Shown piece after piece: positions 39,079 through 48,235 of a stretch of 64,000 bases of DNA (positions are counted from its first letter, which is position 1; each line of letters starts with the position of its first letter). Source of the stretch: Nitrospirota bacterium (lineage in GTDB: Bacteria; Nitrospirota; UBA9217); the NCBI GenBank assembly GCA_029858565.1, contig JAOUEV010000005.1:47739-111738 (forward strand). The letters are read 5' to 3'. A program made the position numbers and the translations under genes. The notes under the pieces are model-generated. The model saw nothing but the letters and a program-made list of their open reading frames with translations. It searched no databases and had not been told where the DNA came from.

Positions 39079-39251
39079 GATGAGGTACCTCCGGAGGGGC
39101 TTGATGCACTGCAGAATGTGTAAAATTGTAACCGGAAAACAAGGGTAAAGTCAATTTATATAAAGCAGACAGCGGGCGCAGAAGCCTGATCTTCGCGGTG
39201 TTCTGGCATGAACTTTCTCGTCCATGTGATCGTCCCTGCTCCTGCGGTTCG

Positions 39252-40139
39252 TTACTTCGGTCCCCGGATGACCACAAGCGCGGCGGGAACGACCTCGATC
39301 TCGTACACATGGTCCACAGCCTCGAAGATCTCGCCGTCAACATGTACCGGGATCGGACCGCGGCCGATGATCTTCAGCTTCCGCGTCCGGGTGAGCCGCG
39401 CATGATGCGCTGCCCGTTCGATGGTGCCGAGAAATACCTTCGGCAGGTGCCAGAGCAGCGTCGGTATGCTTAGAGGCCGCACGATGGTCATGTCAAGCAG
39501 GCCGTCATTCAGCTTCGCATGCGGGGTGAGCTTGAATCCCCCGCCCACGGTGGTCCCGTTCCCGATGGTCAGAAGATAGAGCTCCCCGTCCAGCTCTTCG
39601 TTGCCGAACGAAACGATGACCCGGACCGGATCGTATCTGCCGAGGGTCCTGACCAGGGCGCAGAGGTAAAGCCACAGGCCCCGCTTTCCGTGGTTGATGC
39701 CGTAGCTCGCCCGGTTCACCGCAGCATCGAAGCCGATCCCCACAGCGTTGGCGAAGCAGGTCCCGTTGATACGGCCCGCATCGATCAATGACAGGTTCCC
39801 GGCAAGCACGATGTCCACGGCCTGTCCGATATCATTGGGAATACCCAGCGCCTTGATGAAGTCGTTGCCCGAGCCCGAGGGGATGATGCCCAGCGGTTTC
39901 CCGGAGTGGAGCATCGCCGGCACGATCTCGTTCACCGTGCCGTCCCCTCCCACGGCAACGATCACATCGAACTCCTTGCACGCGGCGCGGGCGATCTCCG
40001 CTGCCTGCTTCGGGCCGGTGGTAAGTTCCAGGTCAAAGGCCGCGCCCCGCTCCCGAAAAAGCTCCTCTACCTGCAGGACCGCGGCACGGGCCTTGCCCCT
40101 GCCCGCGGCGGGATTCGCAATAAGCTTGTATTTCTTCAT
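39252..40139 (-). CDS. Diacylglycerol kinase family lipid kinase (YegS/BmrU)
   Basis: NPAAG, GGDGTVNE, PSGSGNDF, GIGFDA, VDGE. Confidence 0.93.
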   Translation of the reverse strand: MKKYKLIANPAAGRGKARAAVLQVEELFRERGAAFDLELTTGPKQAAEIARAACKEFDVIVAVGGDGTVNEIVPAMLHSGKPLGIIPSGSGNDFIKALGIPNDIGQAVDIVLAGNLSLIDAGRINGTCFANAVGIGFDAAVNRASYGINHGKRGLWLYLCALVRTLGRYDPVRVIVSFGNEELDGELYLLTIGNGTTVGGGFKLTPHAKLNDGLLDMTIVRPLSIPTLLWHLPKVFLGTIERAAHHARLTRTRKLKIIGRGPIPVHVDGEIFEAVDHVYEIEVVPAALVVIRGPK

Positions 40140-40148
40140 GGAAAGGAC

Positions 40149-40177
40149 ATTATAGGACGTGTATCAGGGCAAGTCAA
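40149..40177 (-). promoter_or_regulatory. Near-consensus sigma70 promoter of the lipid kinase
   Basis: TTGACT-17 nt-TATAAT, 9 nt before the ATG. Confidence 0.75.
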
Positions 40178-40201
40178 ACAGGAGAGCGATGGAGCGGAGG
40201 T

Positions 40202-41338
40202 TCACTGTTTCAGCTTCAAGGCGGTCTTGACCAGGATCTTCCACTGCTCTGCCGCGCCGGGACGATTCGCCTTGATCTCGTCGCACAGGGCCTCCTCGTT
40301 CCTTGGAGGCACCGTTGCCGACGGATTCTGCAGAAGCTTGATCGACTGGGACGGGCAGGTCGGCACGCAGAGGCCGCAGCCAATGCACCTGCTCCTGTTG
40401 ACCATGGCCTCGCCTCCCGGACCGGACAGGCTGATCGCTCCTACCTGGCACCGCTCCGCGCAGGTTCCGCAATGCACGCAGGTAGCTGCGGTCACTTCCG
40501 CGGAGTAGGTGCTCGCCCAGAAATCCACGGGACGGCGAAGGAACTTCTGGTACGCCAGCATGCCGCAGCAGCATCCGCAGCAGGAGCAGACGAACTCGGG
40601 CTGCTGCGCGTTCGCCGGCTGCAGCACCAGGCCGTCCTCCTCGTTCTTTTCCAGGATGGCCATGACCACCTCCCGGTCGAGTTCCCTTCCATGACCGCGG
40701 CGCAGGACCATGGCTGCCATGTCGCCGAAGGCAAGACAGGTCTCATCGCGTGATGTCTTGGCGCAGGGCCTGTTCCGCATGGCGCTGCTCTTCCGGCAGA
40801 TGCAGGGAAGCACCGCATAGGGGCCGGAAGACTCTTTCACCAGCGCCCGGATGCTATCGTACGTGGCAACATGATGCTCAACAGAAATGCTCTTGTTGAT
40901 GGGAATGGTCCGCATCTGGGAAGGTTTGACCGAGAGGAATGACTTCCCAAAGCTCAGGGTCTTCATGTAGGCGTCCGCGTCATAGAGGAACTCCAGCGAC
41001 GGATTGCCGTCCTGGGCCTCGTACATGCCGATGAGCAGCGGCAACAGGTACCAATAGGAGGCGCCGGCTCGTTCCTTCCACCCCAGGGCGCCCCTCTGGA
41101 ACATGCTTTCCAGCAGGCTGTCCGTCTGTGCTGCGGAGAATCCAGCGGCAGCGCGATCGATGATCAGGTCCCGGTGAGCCGGCTGGTAGGTGAGGTGCAG
41201 GGCGAGCTTTGCTTCATCAGGCGTGAACAGCCGTTTGAGCAGCCGGATGTCGGCCCCGGTCTTTATTGACGGGAACCCGACGGCCTGATCATCAAGGTGC
41301 TGCTGGAGGATGCGGTAGATAGTGTCGCTGTCGGTCAT
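40202..41338 (-). CDS. Iron-sulfur cluster-binding protein (C-terminal 2x[4Fe-4S] plus Cys-rich core)
   Basis: PCICR...C...TCL, CSCCGCCCG, CVHCGTCAERCQ, CIGCGLCVPTCP. Confidence 0.9.
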   Translation of the reverse strand: MTDSDTIYRILQQHLDDQAVGFPSIKTGADIRLLKRLFTPDEAKLALHLTYQPAHRDLIIDRAAAGFSAAQTDSLLESMFQRGALGWKERAGASYWYLLPLLIGMYEAQDGNPSLEFLYDADAYMKTLSFGKSFLSVKPSQMRTIPINKSISVEHHVATYDSIRALVKESSGPYAVLPCICRKSSAMRNRPCAKTSRDETCLAFGDMAAMVLRRGHGRELDREVVMAILEKNEEDGLVLQPANAQQPEFVCSCCGCCCGMLAYQKFLRRPVDFWASTYSAEVTAATCVHCGTCAERCQVGAISLSGPGGEAMVNRSRCIGCGLCVPTCPSQSIKLLQNPSATVPPRNEEALCDEIKANRPGAAEQWKILVKTALKLKQ

Positions 41339-41386
41339 GGGATCGCTCCGGAGTGATCCGCTGAATGAAAAGGATCTGGGTGGACC

Positions 41387-42757
41387 TCACCCAACCACAT
41401 TATACTCCCGCACGCGATACTTGGCGCCGAGCTCTTCCGCGATCCTGCGGCAGGCTTCGATGTCCACTTCCGGCGCTGAAACGACCGTGGCGGTGACATC
41501 GGGAATATACTTGGTCGCTTCCTTGATGAATTCCTTCACCGCGTCATAGGTCTGCGGTCCGAACTTGGGCTGGGAGAGCCTTGCGTAGACCTCGGCATTC
41601 TGGCCGTTCAGGCTGACGCTCACCGCGTCCACAAGGCCCTGAAGCTCCGGCAGGATATTCCGTTTGTGGATCAGGTTGCCATGGCCGTTCGTGTCGATCC
41701 GGACCTTGCCGCCCTTCTTCTTCACTTCCGCGGCAACCGCCTTGATCACCTCGATCCGCAGGGTCGGCTCCCCGTACCCGCAGAACACGATCTCGTCATA
41801 CCTCTTCGGATCGCCGATCTCCTTGATGAGATCATCTGCGGTCGGCTCCTCGGCAAGCCGGAGATTGTGACCTTTCACATAATCGGTGAAGTAGCGCACG
41901 CAGAACGTGCATGCCGAAGTGCAGCGGTTCGTGACATTGAGGTACAGCGAGTTCCTGATGGGATAGGTGATCTTGCCTTTTTTCGGGACATCTCCGATGC
42001 CGAAAAGCTGCATGGCATTGAAGCTCGTGATCCGCGCCACGTCATCGAAGGATAATCCCTTTGCCTTCGCGATCTCTTCGGCCGTGAACCGGACATAGGC
42101 GGGCTCGTTCCGTTTTCCGCGGTATGCCTGGGGAGCGAGATAGGGAGCATCGGTCTCGATCAGCATCTGCTCGATCGGCACCTGCTTCACCACGTCCCGC
42201 AAAACCTGGGCCTTGGGAAAGGTGACCGGCCCGGCAATGGAAATGTAAAATCCCAGGTCCATGAGCTGCCGGGCATACTCGATGTCCCCGGAAAAACAGT
42301 GCATGATCCCGCCGAGCACCGGGTCCCAGGCCTCTTTCAGGATCCTGAGCGTATCCTCGTGAGCATCCCGGTCGTGGACAATTATCGGCAGCTGCAGTTC
42401 TCGGGCCTCGTGCAGCATGTCCCGGAACTTGCGCTGCTGCACCGACCGCTGGGTGTGTTCGTAGTAGTAATCCAGGCCGATCTCGCCGTAGGCGACCACC
42501 TTCTTGTGCTTCGCGAAATGGCGGATGACCTCATAGGCGGGATGGAGGATGTCCTTGGCCTCGTGGGGATGGATGCCCACGGCCGCGTACACGCAGTCGT
42601 GTTTCTCAGCAAGCAGCACCGCGTCGCGGCTTGATTCGACCGTAGTGCCGATGGTGATGATATAGTCAACGCCCGCTTCTTTTGCGCGCTTGATCACCTC
42701 GTCGCGGTCTTCGTTGAACTCGCGCATTTCGAGATGCGCGTGGGTGTCGATGAGCAC
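41387..42757 (-). CDS. TatD nuclease fused to a TatD-associated radical SAM domain
   Basis: IDTHAHL, GIHPH, GEIGLDY, HCFSG, ETDAPYLAP, then LYLNVTNRCTSACTFC (CxxxCxxC), FCGYGEP and TNG. Confidence 0.95.
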   Translation of the reverse strand: MLIDTHAHLEMREFNEDRDEVIKRAKEAGVDYIITIGTTVESSRDAVLLAEKHDCVYAAVGIHPHEAKDILHPAYEVIRHFAKHKKVVAYGEIGLDYYYEHTQRSVQQRKFRDMLHEARELQLPIIVHDRDAHEDTLRILKEAWDPVLGGIMHCFSGDIEYARQLMDLGFYISIAGPVTFPKAQVLRDVVKQVPIEQMLIETDAPYLAPQAYRGKRNEPAYVRFTAEEIAKAKGLSFDDVARITSFNAMQLFGIGDVPKKGKITYPIRNSLYLNVTNRCTSACTFCVRYFTDYVKGHNLRLAEEPTADDLIKEIGDPKRYDEIVFCGYGEPTLRIEVIKAVAAEVKKKGGKVRIDTNGHGNLIHKRNILPELQGLVDAVSVSLNGQNAEVYARLSQPKFGPQTYDAVKEFIKEATKYIPDVTATVVSAPEVDIEACRRIAEELGAKYRVREYNVVG

Positions 42758-42768
42758 TTTTCAAACCT

Positions 42769-42848
42769 CGTGGAACGTGATAGGTGAGACGTGAAACGGA
42801 AAACGTGAAGGATATCCATCCCTCACGTCTCACGTCTTACGTCTCACG
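42769..42848. repeat. Inverted heptamer element (CGTGARA / TCTCACG arms)
   Basis: CGTGGAA CGTGATA GGTGAGA CGTGAAA ... CCTCACG TCTCACG TCTTACG TCTCACG fills the metG-tatD spacer. Confidence 0.88.
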
Positions 42849-42859
42849 GGGAGCTATGT

Positions 42860-44866
42860 TTATTTCACTTTCGCGCCCGGCGCGATCTCCTTGTCCGGCG
42901 TCACCACGGAAAGGATCTCACCGCTGCTCGCGGCCAGAAGCATGCCCTGGGACTCGACGCCCATGAGCTTGGCGGGCTTCAGGTTCGCAACGATCACGAT
43001 CTGCTTGTCCAGGAGTTGCTCGGGCGCGTAGTGTTTGCCGATGCCGGCCACGACCTGCCGCACCTCGGTGCCGATGTCCACCTTGAGCTTCACAAGCTTG
43101 TCCGATTTTTCCACCCGCTCTGCCTGCACGATCTTCCCGACCCGGAGCTGGACCTTGGCGAAGTCCTCGATGCCGATAAGGTCTGTTCCCGCTGCAGCGG
43201 GTTTATCCGCTGGTTTCTGTTCTTCCGGCTTTGTTTCCATTTTCTTTCCTTCTTTTTTCGTTTTATCAGCGTTGATCATGGTCGATCCGCGTCCTGTGTC
43301 CTTTTTTGTATCGATCCTCGGGAAGAGCTGGCCCCCGGGACAGATCGCCGTCCCTGCCTGGATCAATCCCCAGGACAGCTCATCTTCGAGCAGGGATGCG
43401 GAGATCTGCTTATCCATGCCGATACAATTCCAAATGCTCTGGCTCGTTCCCGGCATGACCGGATAGAGATGGAGTGCGACCAAACGGAGCGCTTCGGCAA
43501 GATTGTACATCACCGTTGCAAGGCGGCCCATATCATTCTTTTTTGCCAGGGTCCAGGGTGCGTTCTCCTCCACGTACCGGTTCGCCCGGGTCACAAGCTG
43601 CCAGACGCTATGGAGATATTTGTTGAACGCAAGCTGGTTAAGATCGGCTTCCACCGCTGCAGGAATGGCGCAAGCCGTCTCCCGCAGTTCGCGGTCCGTC
43701 TGATGTTCATCCCGCGCGGCCGGCACCTTGCCGTCGAAATATTTGCTCACCATGGTCAGGACGCGCGACAAGAGGTTCCCGAGATCGTTCGCCAATTCGG
43801 TGTTGAACCGAGTAACAAAGGTCTCGGTCGAATAATCGCCGTCCAGGCCAAAGGGCACTTCACGCAGTACGAAAAATCGGAACGCATCCGGACCGTAGGT
43901 ATCCACCACCTCGTTCGGATCGATCACGTTGCCGATGGACTTGGACATCTTTTTTCCGTCGCGTGTCCACCAGCCGTGGGCAAAGATGTTCCTCGGCAGC
44001 GGCAGCTCCAGCGCCATGAGCATGGTGGACCAGTACACGCTGTGGGTGGTCAGGATGTCCTTGCCCACGAGGTGATGGTCGGCCGGCCACCAGAAGGATT
44101 CCCGCGTCTTCGGGTCCGTGGAGCCCTTTGCCGCGGGGCTCAGATACCGCGTTGCCGAATAATAATTCGTCAGCGCATCGAACCAGACGTAGGTCACAAA
44201 GTCCCGGTCAAAGGGGAGCTCAATGCCCCAGGCAAGCCGCGCTTTCGGCCGCGAGATGCAAAGGTCGCCGAGCTTGTGGGTCGTAAGGAATCCCAGCACC
44301 TCGTTCCGGCGCGATTCCGGCCTGATGAACGTCGGATCATCGGTGATGTGCCTGATCAGCCGGTCCTGGTATTTGCTCATCAGGAAGAAGTAGTTATCCT
44401 CCTGGATCTGCTCCACCTGCCTGCCGCAATCCGGGCACTTGCCGTCGACAATATCCTTCTCGGTCCAGAACCGCTCGTCGGGCGTGCAGTACCACCCCTC
44501 GTAGGTGCGGCGCTCGATCTCGCCCTTGTCAAAGAGCTTCTGCAGGAACTCCTGCACGACCGCGATATGCTCCTTGTCCGTAGTGCGGATAAAAGCGTCG
44601 TTCGTGATCTCGAGCTTTTCCCAGAGCTTCCGGAAATTGACCGAGAGCAGGTCCGCGTGCTCCTTCGGCGTCCGTCCGCGCTCGTGGGCCGCTTTTTCCA
44701 CCTTCTGCCCGTGCTCGTCAGTGCCGGTCAGGAAAAAGACCGGATCGCCCTTGAGGCGGTGGTAGCGGGCCAGGACATCGGCCGCGATCGTGGTATACGC
44801 ATGGCCGATGTGCGGCACATCGTTCACGTAGTAGATCGGTGTGGTTATGTAGAATTTCTTCTGCAT
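42860..44866 (-). CDS. metG: Methionine--tRNA ligase with a C-terminal tRNA-binding (Trbp111-like) domain
   Basis: TTPIYYVN..PHIGHAY, GTDEHGQK, YVWFDAL, KMSKS, C-terminal ANLKPAKLMGVESQGM. Start chosen at MQKKFY. Confidence 0.98.
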   Translation of the reverse strand: MQKKFYITTPIYYVNDVPHIGHAYTTIAADVLARYHRLKGDPVFFLTGTDEHGQKVEKAAHERGRTPKEHADLLSVNFRKLWEKLEITNDAFIRTTDKEHIAVVQEFLQKLFDKGEIERRTYEGWYCTPDERFWTEKDIVDGKCPDCGRQVEQIQEDNYFFLMSKYQDRLIRHITDDPTFIRPESRRNEVLGFLTTHKLGDLCISRPKARLAWGIELPFDRDFVTYVWFDALTNYYSATRYLSPAAKGSTDPKTRESFWWPADHHLVGKDILTTHSVYWSTMLMALELPLPRNIFAHGWWTRDGKKMSKSIGNVIDPNEVVDTYGPDAFRFFVLREVPFGLDGDYSTETFVTRFNTELANDLGNLLSRVLTMVSKYFDGKVPAARDEHQTDRELRETACAIPAAVEADLNQLAFNKYLHSVWQLVTRANRYVEENAPWTLAKKNDMGRLATVMYNLAEALRLVALHLYPVMPGTSQSIWNCIGMDKQISASLLEDELSWGLIQAGTAICPGGQLFPRIDTKKDTGRGSTMINADKTKKEGKKMETKPEEQKPADKPAAAGTDLIGIEDFAKVQLRVGKIVQAERVEKSDKLVKLKVDIGTEVRQVVAGIGKHYAPEQLLDKQIVIVANLKPAKLMGVESQGMLLAASSGEILSVVTPDKEIAPGAKVK

Positions 44867-44911
44867 CTGGTCGTTAAAATCTGCTTCAAGTTTCCCCGTA
44901 AAAAAAATCAT

Positions 44912-44986
44912 TCCCACACAACGCCGCGAAGATCACAGAGAAATCCCCAAATTTTGTTCTTCGTGACTTCGTGTCTTCGTGTGAGA
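44912..44986. repeat. Inverted mini-repeat (CACGAAG-type arms)
   Basis: TCCCACACAACGCCGCGAAGATCACAGAGAA ... TTCTTCGTGACTTCGTGTCTTCGTGTGAGA. Confidence 0.7.
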
Positions 44987-45034
44987 TCGCCCTGCTTGTT
45001 GACCTGAGATTTACCTCATTATGATTCAGCTATC

Positions 45035-46411
45035 TTACTGTCCGCTCGGCGGCTGAGGAGCTCCTCCGCCCGGTTGCCCGCCGCCTTGTTGACCACCGCC
45101 GCCCTTCTTTTTCTTCTTCCAGAAACGACGCCGTCTCCGGCCGCCTCCGGTCTTTTCACCCGCCTGCTGCCCTTCCTGCGGTTCCTGTCCCGGTTCGATC
45201 GGCGTCTGTTCGGATCCGGGCTGCTTATCAGGACGGAGCTGCTGCTCCGGTCGCGGTTGTTGTTTCTGCGGCTGCCGCTGCTGCTGTTGTTTCTGCTGCT
45301 GTTTTTGCGGCGGTTTCCCCTGCTGCTTGTCCCGCTGTTTCTGCTCCTGCGGCTGCCGCTGTTTCTGCTCTTTCTGGTCCTGCTGGCCTTCCCTGCGCTT
45401 CTCGGGCTTGCGGCCCTCGCGCTGCTGGTCCCCGGTTTTCTGTTTTTCCCGCTTCTGCTCCTGACGTCTGCGGTCGTCTTCCTTGCGCTGCTGGTCCTCG
45501 GCAAGCTTGCGTTCCTCGGCCTCGCGCCGTTCCTCCGCGACCTTGCGTTCTTTCTCTTCGAACTTCTCGCGGGCCGCGGCCTCTTTCATTCCCGCGATGT
45601 CCTTCTTGATCTCATCGTACATGGTGAATTCATAGGAGAGACAGCACAGGAGCCTGCCGCAGATCCCTGAGATCTTCGCGGGATTCAGCACCATTTCCTG
45701 CTTCTTTGCCATGCGGATCGATACCGGTTCAAAACCCCGGAGATAGGAGGTGCAGCACAGTTCTCTGCCGCAGGGGCCGAAGCCGCCGATCATACGGGCG
45801 ACATCGCGGACGCCCACCTGCCGCATCTCGATCCGGCTCCGGAGCTTGTGCGCAAGGTCCTTCACCAGGTCCCGGAAGTCGATCCGGTTCTCGGAAAAGA
45901 AGTAGAAGGTGACGCGGGTCGCGTCGAATGAATACTCGGCGCGGATCAGTTTCATGGCCAGCTCGCGCTCAGAGACCAGCTCCTGGCAGATCTTGTAAGC
46001 TTCGGCCTCGCGTTCGCGGTTCTTCGCAGCGCGCTGCAGATCGTCGTCCGTGGCCTTGCGAATTATTTTACGCTGCCCTTTGGACTGCGGTTGCGGCTGG
46101 GATGGGGGTTGGGACTGGGCTTTTGCCGCCGAGCCGGGTGTCTCCACCTCGATCTCGATCTCCTCTTCCTGTTCCTTGCCGTTCTCCTTCCGTCCGGACT
46201 GAACGGACTGGCCGTTCTGACCCTTCTGGTCTGCAGCGGGCTTCGGCGGAAGCGGCATGGCTTCGGCCTCGCGAACGCGCACCACGCGGGCAAAACCCTG
46301 CCCGCGGTCGGACTCGACGATCACGCTGTCCCCCACGGAGACGGGGACCTCGGTCGTGTCAAAATCGTAGATTCTCCAGTTTTCAGGGAATCGAACACCT
46401 GCTATTTTCAT
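45035..46411 (-). CDS. ricT: PSP1-domain protein RicT/YaaT with a long Q/K/R-rich disordered tail
   Basis: RIDFRDLVKDLA, RIEMRQVGVRD, GPCGRELCC, KISGICGRLLCCLSYE; located between holB and metG. Confidence 0.92.
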   Translation of the reverse strand: MKIAGVRFPENWRIYDFDTTEVPVSVGDSVIVESDRGQGFARVVRVREAEAMPLPPKPAADQKGQNGQSVQSGRKENGKEQEEEIEIEVETPGSAAKAQSQPPSQPQPQSKGQRKIIRKATDDDLQRAAKNREREAEAYKICQELVSERELAMKLIRAEYSFDATRVTFYFFSENRIDFRDLVKDLAHKLRSRIEMRQVGVRDVARMIGGFGPCGRELCCTSYLRGFEPVSIRMAKKQEMVLNPAKISGICGRLLCCLSYEFTMYDEIKKDIAGMKEAAAREKFEEKERKVAEERREAEERKLAEDQQRKEDDRRRQEQKREKQKTGDQQREGRKPEKRREGQQDQKEQKQRQPQEQKQRDKQQGKPPQKQQQKQQQQRQPQKQQPRPEQQLRPDKQPGSEQTPIEPGQEPQEGQQAGEKTGGGRRRRRFWKKKKKGGGGQQGGGQPGGGAPQPPSGQ

Positions 46412-46596
46412 GATGGTTTCTGGCTTCCTTCACCCGGGATCGCGCGGCGCGCCCCCTGCTGCGGCCCTGTTCCCGGGCCGACGGTGAACACAATAATACC
46501 CTTTTCCCGGGGGATGCACAATCGTTTTTCAGCAGGGACCGGTGGTTGATTAAGGAGCAGGGCAAGTTACGCACGGAGCATCGGACCGGGCAGGGA

Positions 46597-47562
46597 TCAG
46601 GTCCCCCGGAGCTTGAGAAAAAGGTTTTCCGCCACCAGCTGGGCGCTCACCCGCCGCTCCAGGAGCGACCGGCTCGCGGTAAAAAGGTCAAAGTCCGCAA
46701 GCAGCCGGGGACGGGACAACAGCTCCGCAGCGATGCTCCCGGGAAAGGTCAGGAGTCGTTCGTCGCCGGTCTCCAGATAGACGAGCCGGTCGCGCAGCAG
46801 CTCCACCCCCATATCGATCAGCCGCTCGAACCCATCCCGGTCCTTGGCCACTCCGTCCGCCAGGCCGAGGACCTCATCATTGCGCATGCTTCCCAGTGAT
46901 GCAAGCAGGACCGCGACGTTCTCGCGCGCCGTTCGTTCCTCAGCTGCGTCCATGGCCAGCGCCCTGCCGAGACTCCCCCTGCTGAGCCCCGCAAGGAACC
47001 ATGCGTCCGCCTCGTCAAGCGAGCGTCTCTCCCGCAGGACCTCCGCGATAGTGGTGCGCGGAAGAGGCTGAAACTGCAGTTCCTGGCAGCGCGACCGGAT
47101 GGTGATCAAAAGGCTCCGGGGCATGGAGGTGACCAGGATGATGAGGGATTCACCGGGCGGCTCCTCCAGCGTCTTGAGGAAAGCGTTCGACGAAGCATCG
47201 TTCAGCGCATCTGCGCCGTCAACGATCAGCACCTTTCGCTGCCCCTCGAAGGGCCGGAGCGACATATCCGCCTGCGCTTCCCGGACCTGATCGATCTTGA
47301 TCTCCGTGCCGTCGGGCACGAGCAGATGCACGTCCGGGTGGCTCCTTGCAGCGATCTTCCGACACGAGGGGCAGACTCCGCATCCGCCGTCAGAACCGGC
47401 TGAGGGGCAGTTCAATGCCGCGGCCAGCGCGTACGCCGCCATGACCTTGCCGATCCCCGCTTCACCCGAGAACAGGTAGGCGTGGGCAAGAGCGTTGTTG
47501 GCAATGGCCCGTTTCAGGATGGAAAGGGGCCGTTCATGGCCGATGATGGAGGAGAAGGACAT
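46597..47562 (-). CDS. holB: DNA polymerase III subunit delta'
   Basis: HAYLFSG..GIGK, CGVCPSC, HPD, NAFLKTLEEPP, TIRSRCQ. Confidence 0.97.
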   Translation of the reverse strand: MSFSSIIGHERPLSILKRAIANNALAHAYLFSGEAGIGKVMAAYALAAALNCPSAGSDGGCGVCPSCRKIAARSHPDVHLLVPDGTEIKIDQVREAQADMSLRPFEGQRKVLIVDGADALNDASSNAFLKTLEEPPGESLIILVTSMPRSLLITIRSRCQELQFQPLPRTTIAEVLRERRSLDEADAWFLAGLSRGSLGRALAMDAAEERTARENVAVLLASLGSMRNDEVLGLADGVAKDRDGFERLIDMGVELLRDRLVYLETGDERLLTFPGSIAAELLSRPRLLADFDLFTASRSLLERRVSAQLVAENLFLKLRGT

Positions 47563-47587
47563 GGTCAGATGGTTCTCTTAATGAACT

Positions 47588-48235
47588 TCACCGGTCTTTC
47601 GCGAGCAGTTCATCCACGACCTTTTTCAGTTCACCATGGATCGCTTCGGGTGTCCCGCCTGCGGCCACCAGCCGGAAGCGTGCAGGCTCCGCCCTGGCAA
47701 GAGCGAGGTAGCCGTCCCGCACCCGGGAATGGAACTCGATAGCCTCGTTCTCGAACCGCGCCTCGGCGTGGAGGTTCTGCGAAGAGTTCCTGCCGCGTGC
47801 TCGTCCGACGCCGGTCTTCGCATCAATGTCCAGAAGGACCGTGAGACGCGGCCGGAGCCCGGCGGTCACGATCCGGTCCAGGTCCCGGATCATGGCGATC
47901 GAGAGCCCCCTGCCGTAACCCTGGTAGGCCAGCGTGGCATCGGAGAACCGGTCGCACAGCACCATGGCGCCCTTCTTGAGCGCCGGGATGATGACCTCAT
48001 GGAGATGCTGTGAACGGCTGGCGGCGTAGAGGAGCAGTTCTGCGGATGGGTCCATTGCCTTGTTCGCGGGGTCGAGCAGGACCTTGCGGATCTGGTCGCC
48101 GATAGGGGTCCCGCCGGGCTCGCGGGTCAGGACAACGGTCCGTCCTAGGCGCACAAGGTGGTCGCGCAGGAGCGCGATCTGGGTCGACTTGCCTGAACCT
48201 TCGATGCCCTCGAAGGTGATAAAAACACCAGCCAT
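47588..48235 (-). CDS. tmk: Thymidylate kinase
   Basis: FITFEGIEGSGKSTQ, TREPGGT, CDRFSDATLAYQG. Confidence 0.98.
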   Translation of the reverse strand: MAGVFITFEGIEGSGKSTQIALLRDHLVRLGRTVVLTREPGGTPIGDQIRKVLLDPANKAMDPSAELLLYAASRSQHLHEVIIPALKKGAMVLCDRFSDATLAYQGYGRGLSIAMIRDLDRIVTAGLRPRLTVLLDIDAKTGVGRARGRNSSQNLHAEARFENEAIEFHSRVRDGYLALARAEPARFRLVAAGGTPEAIHGELKKVVDELLAKDR

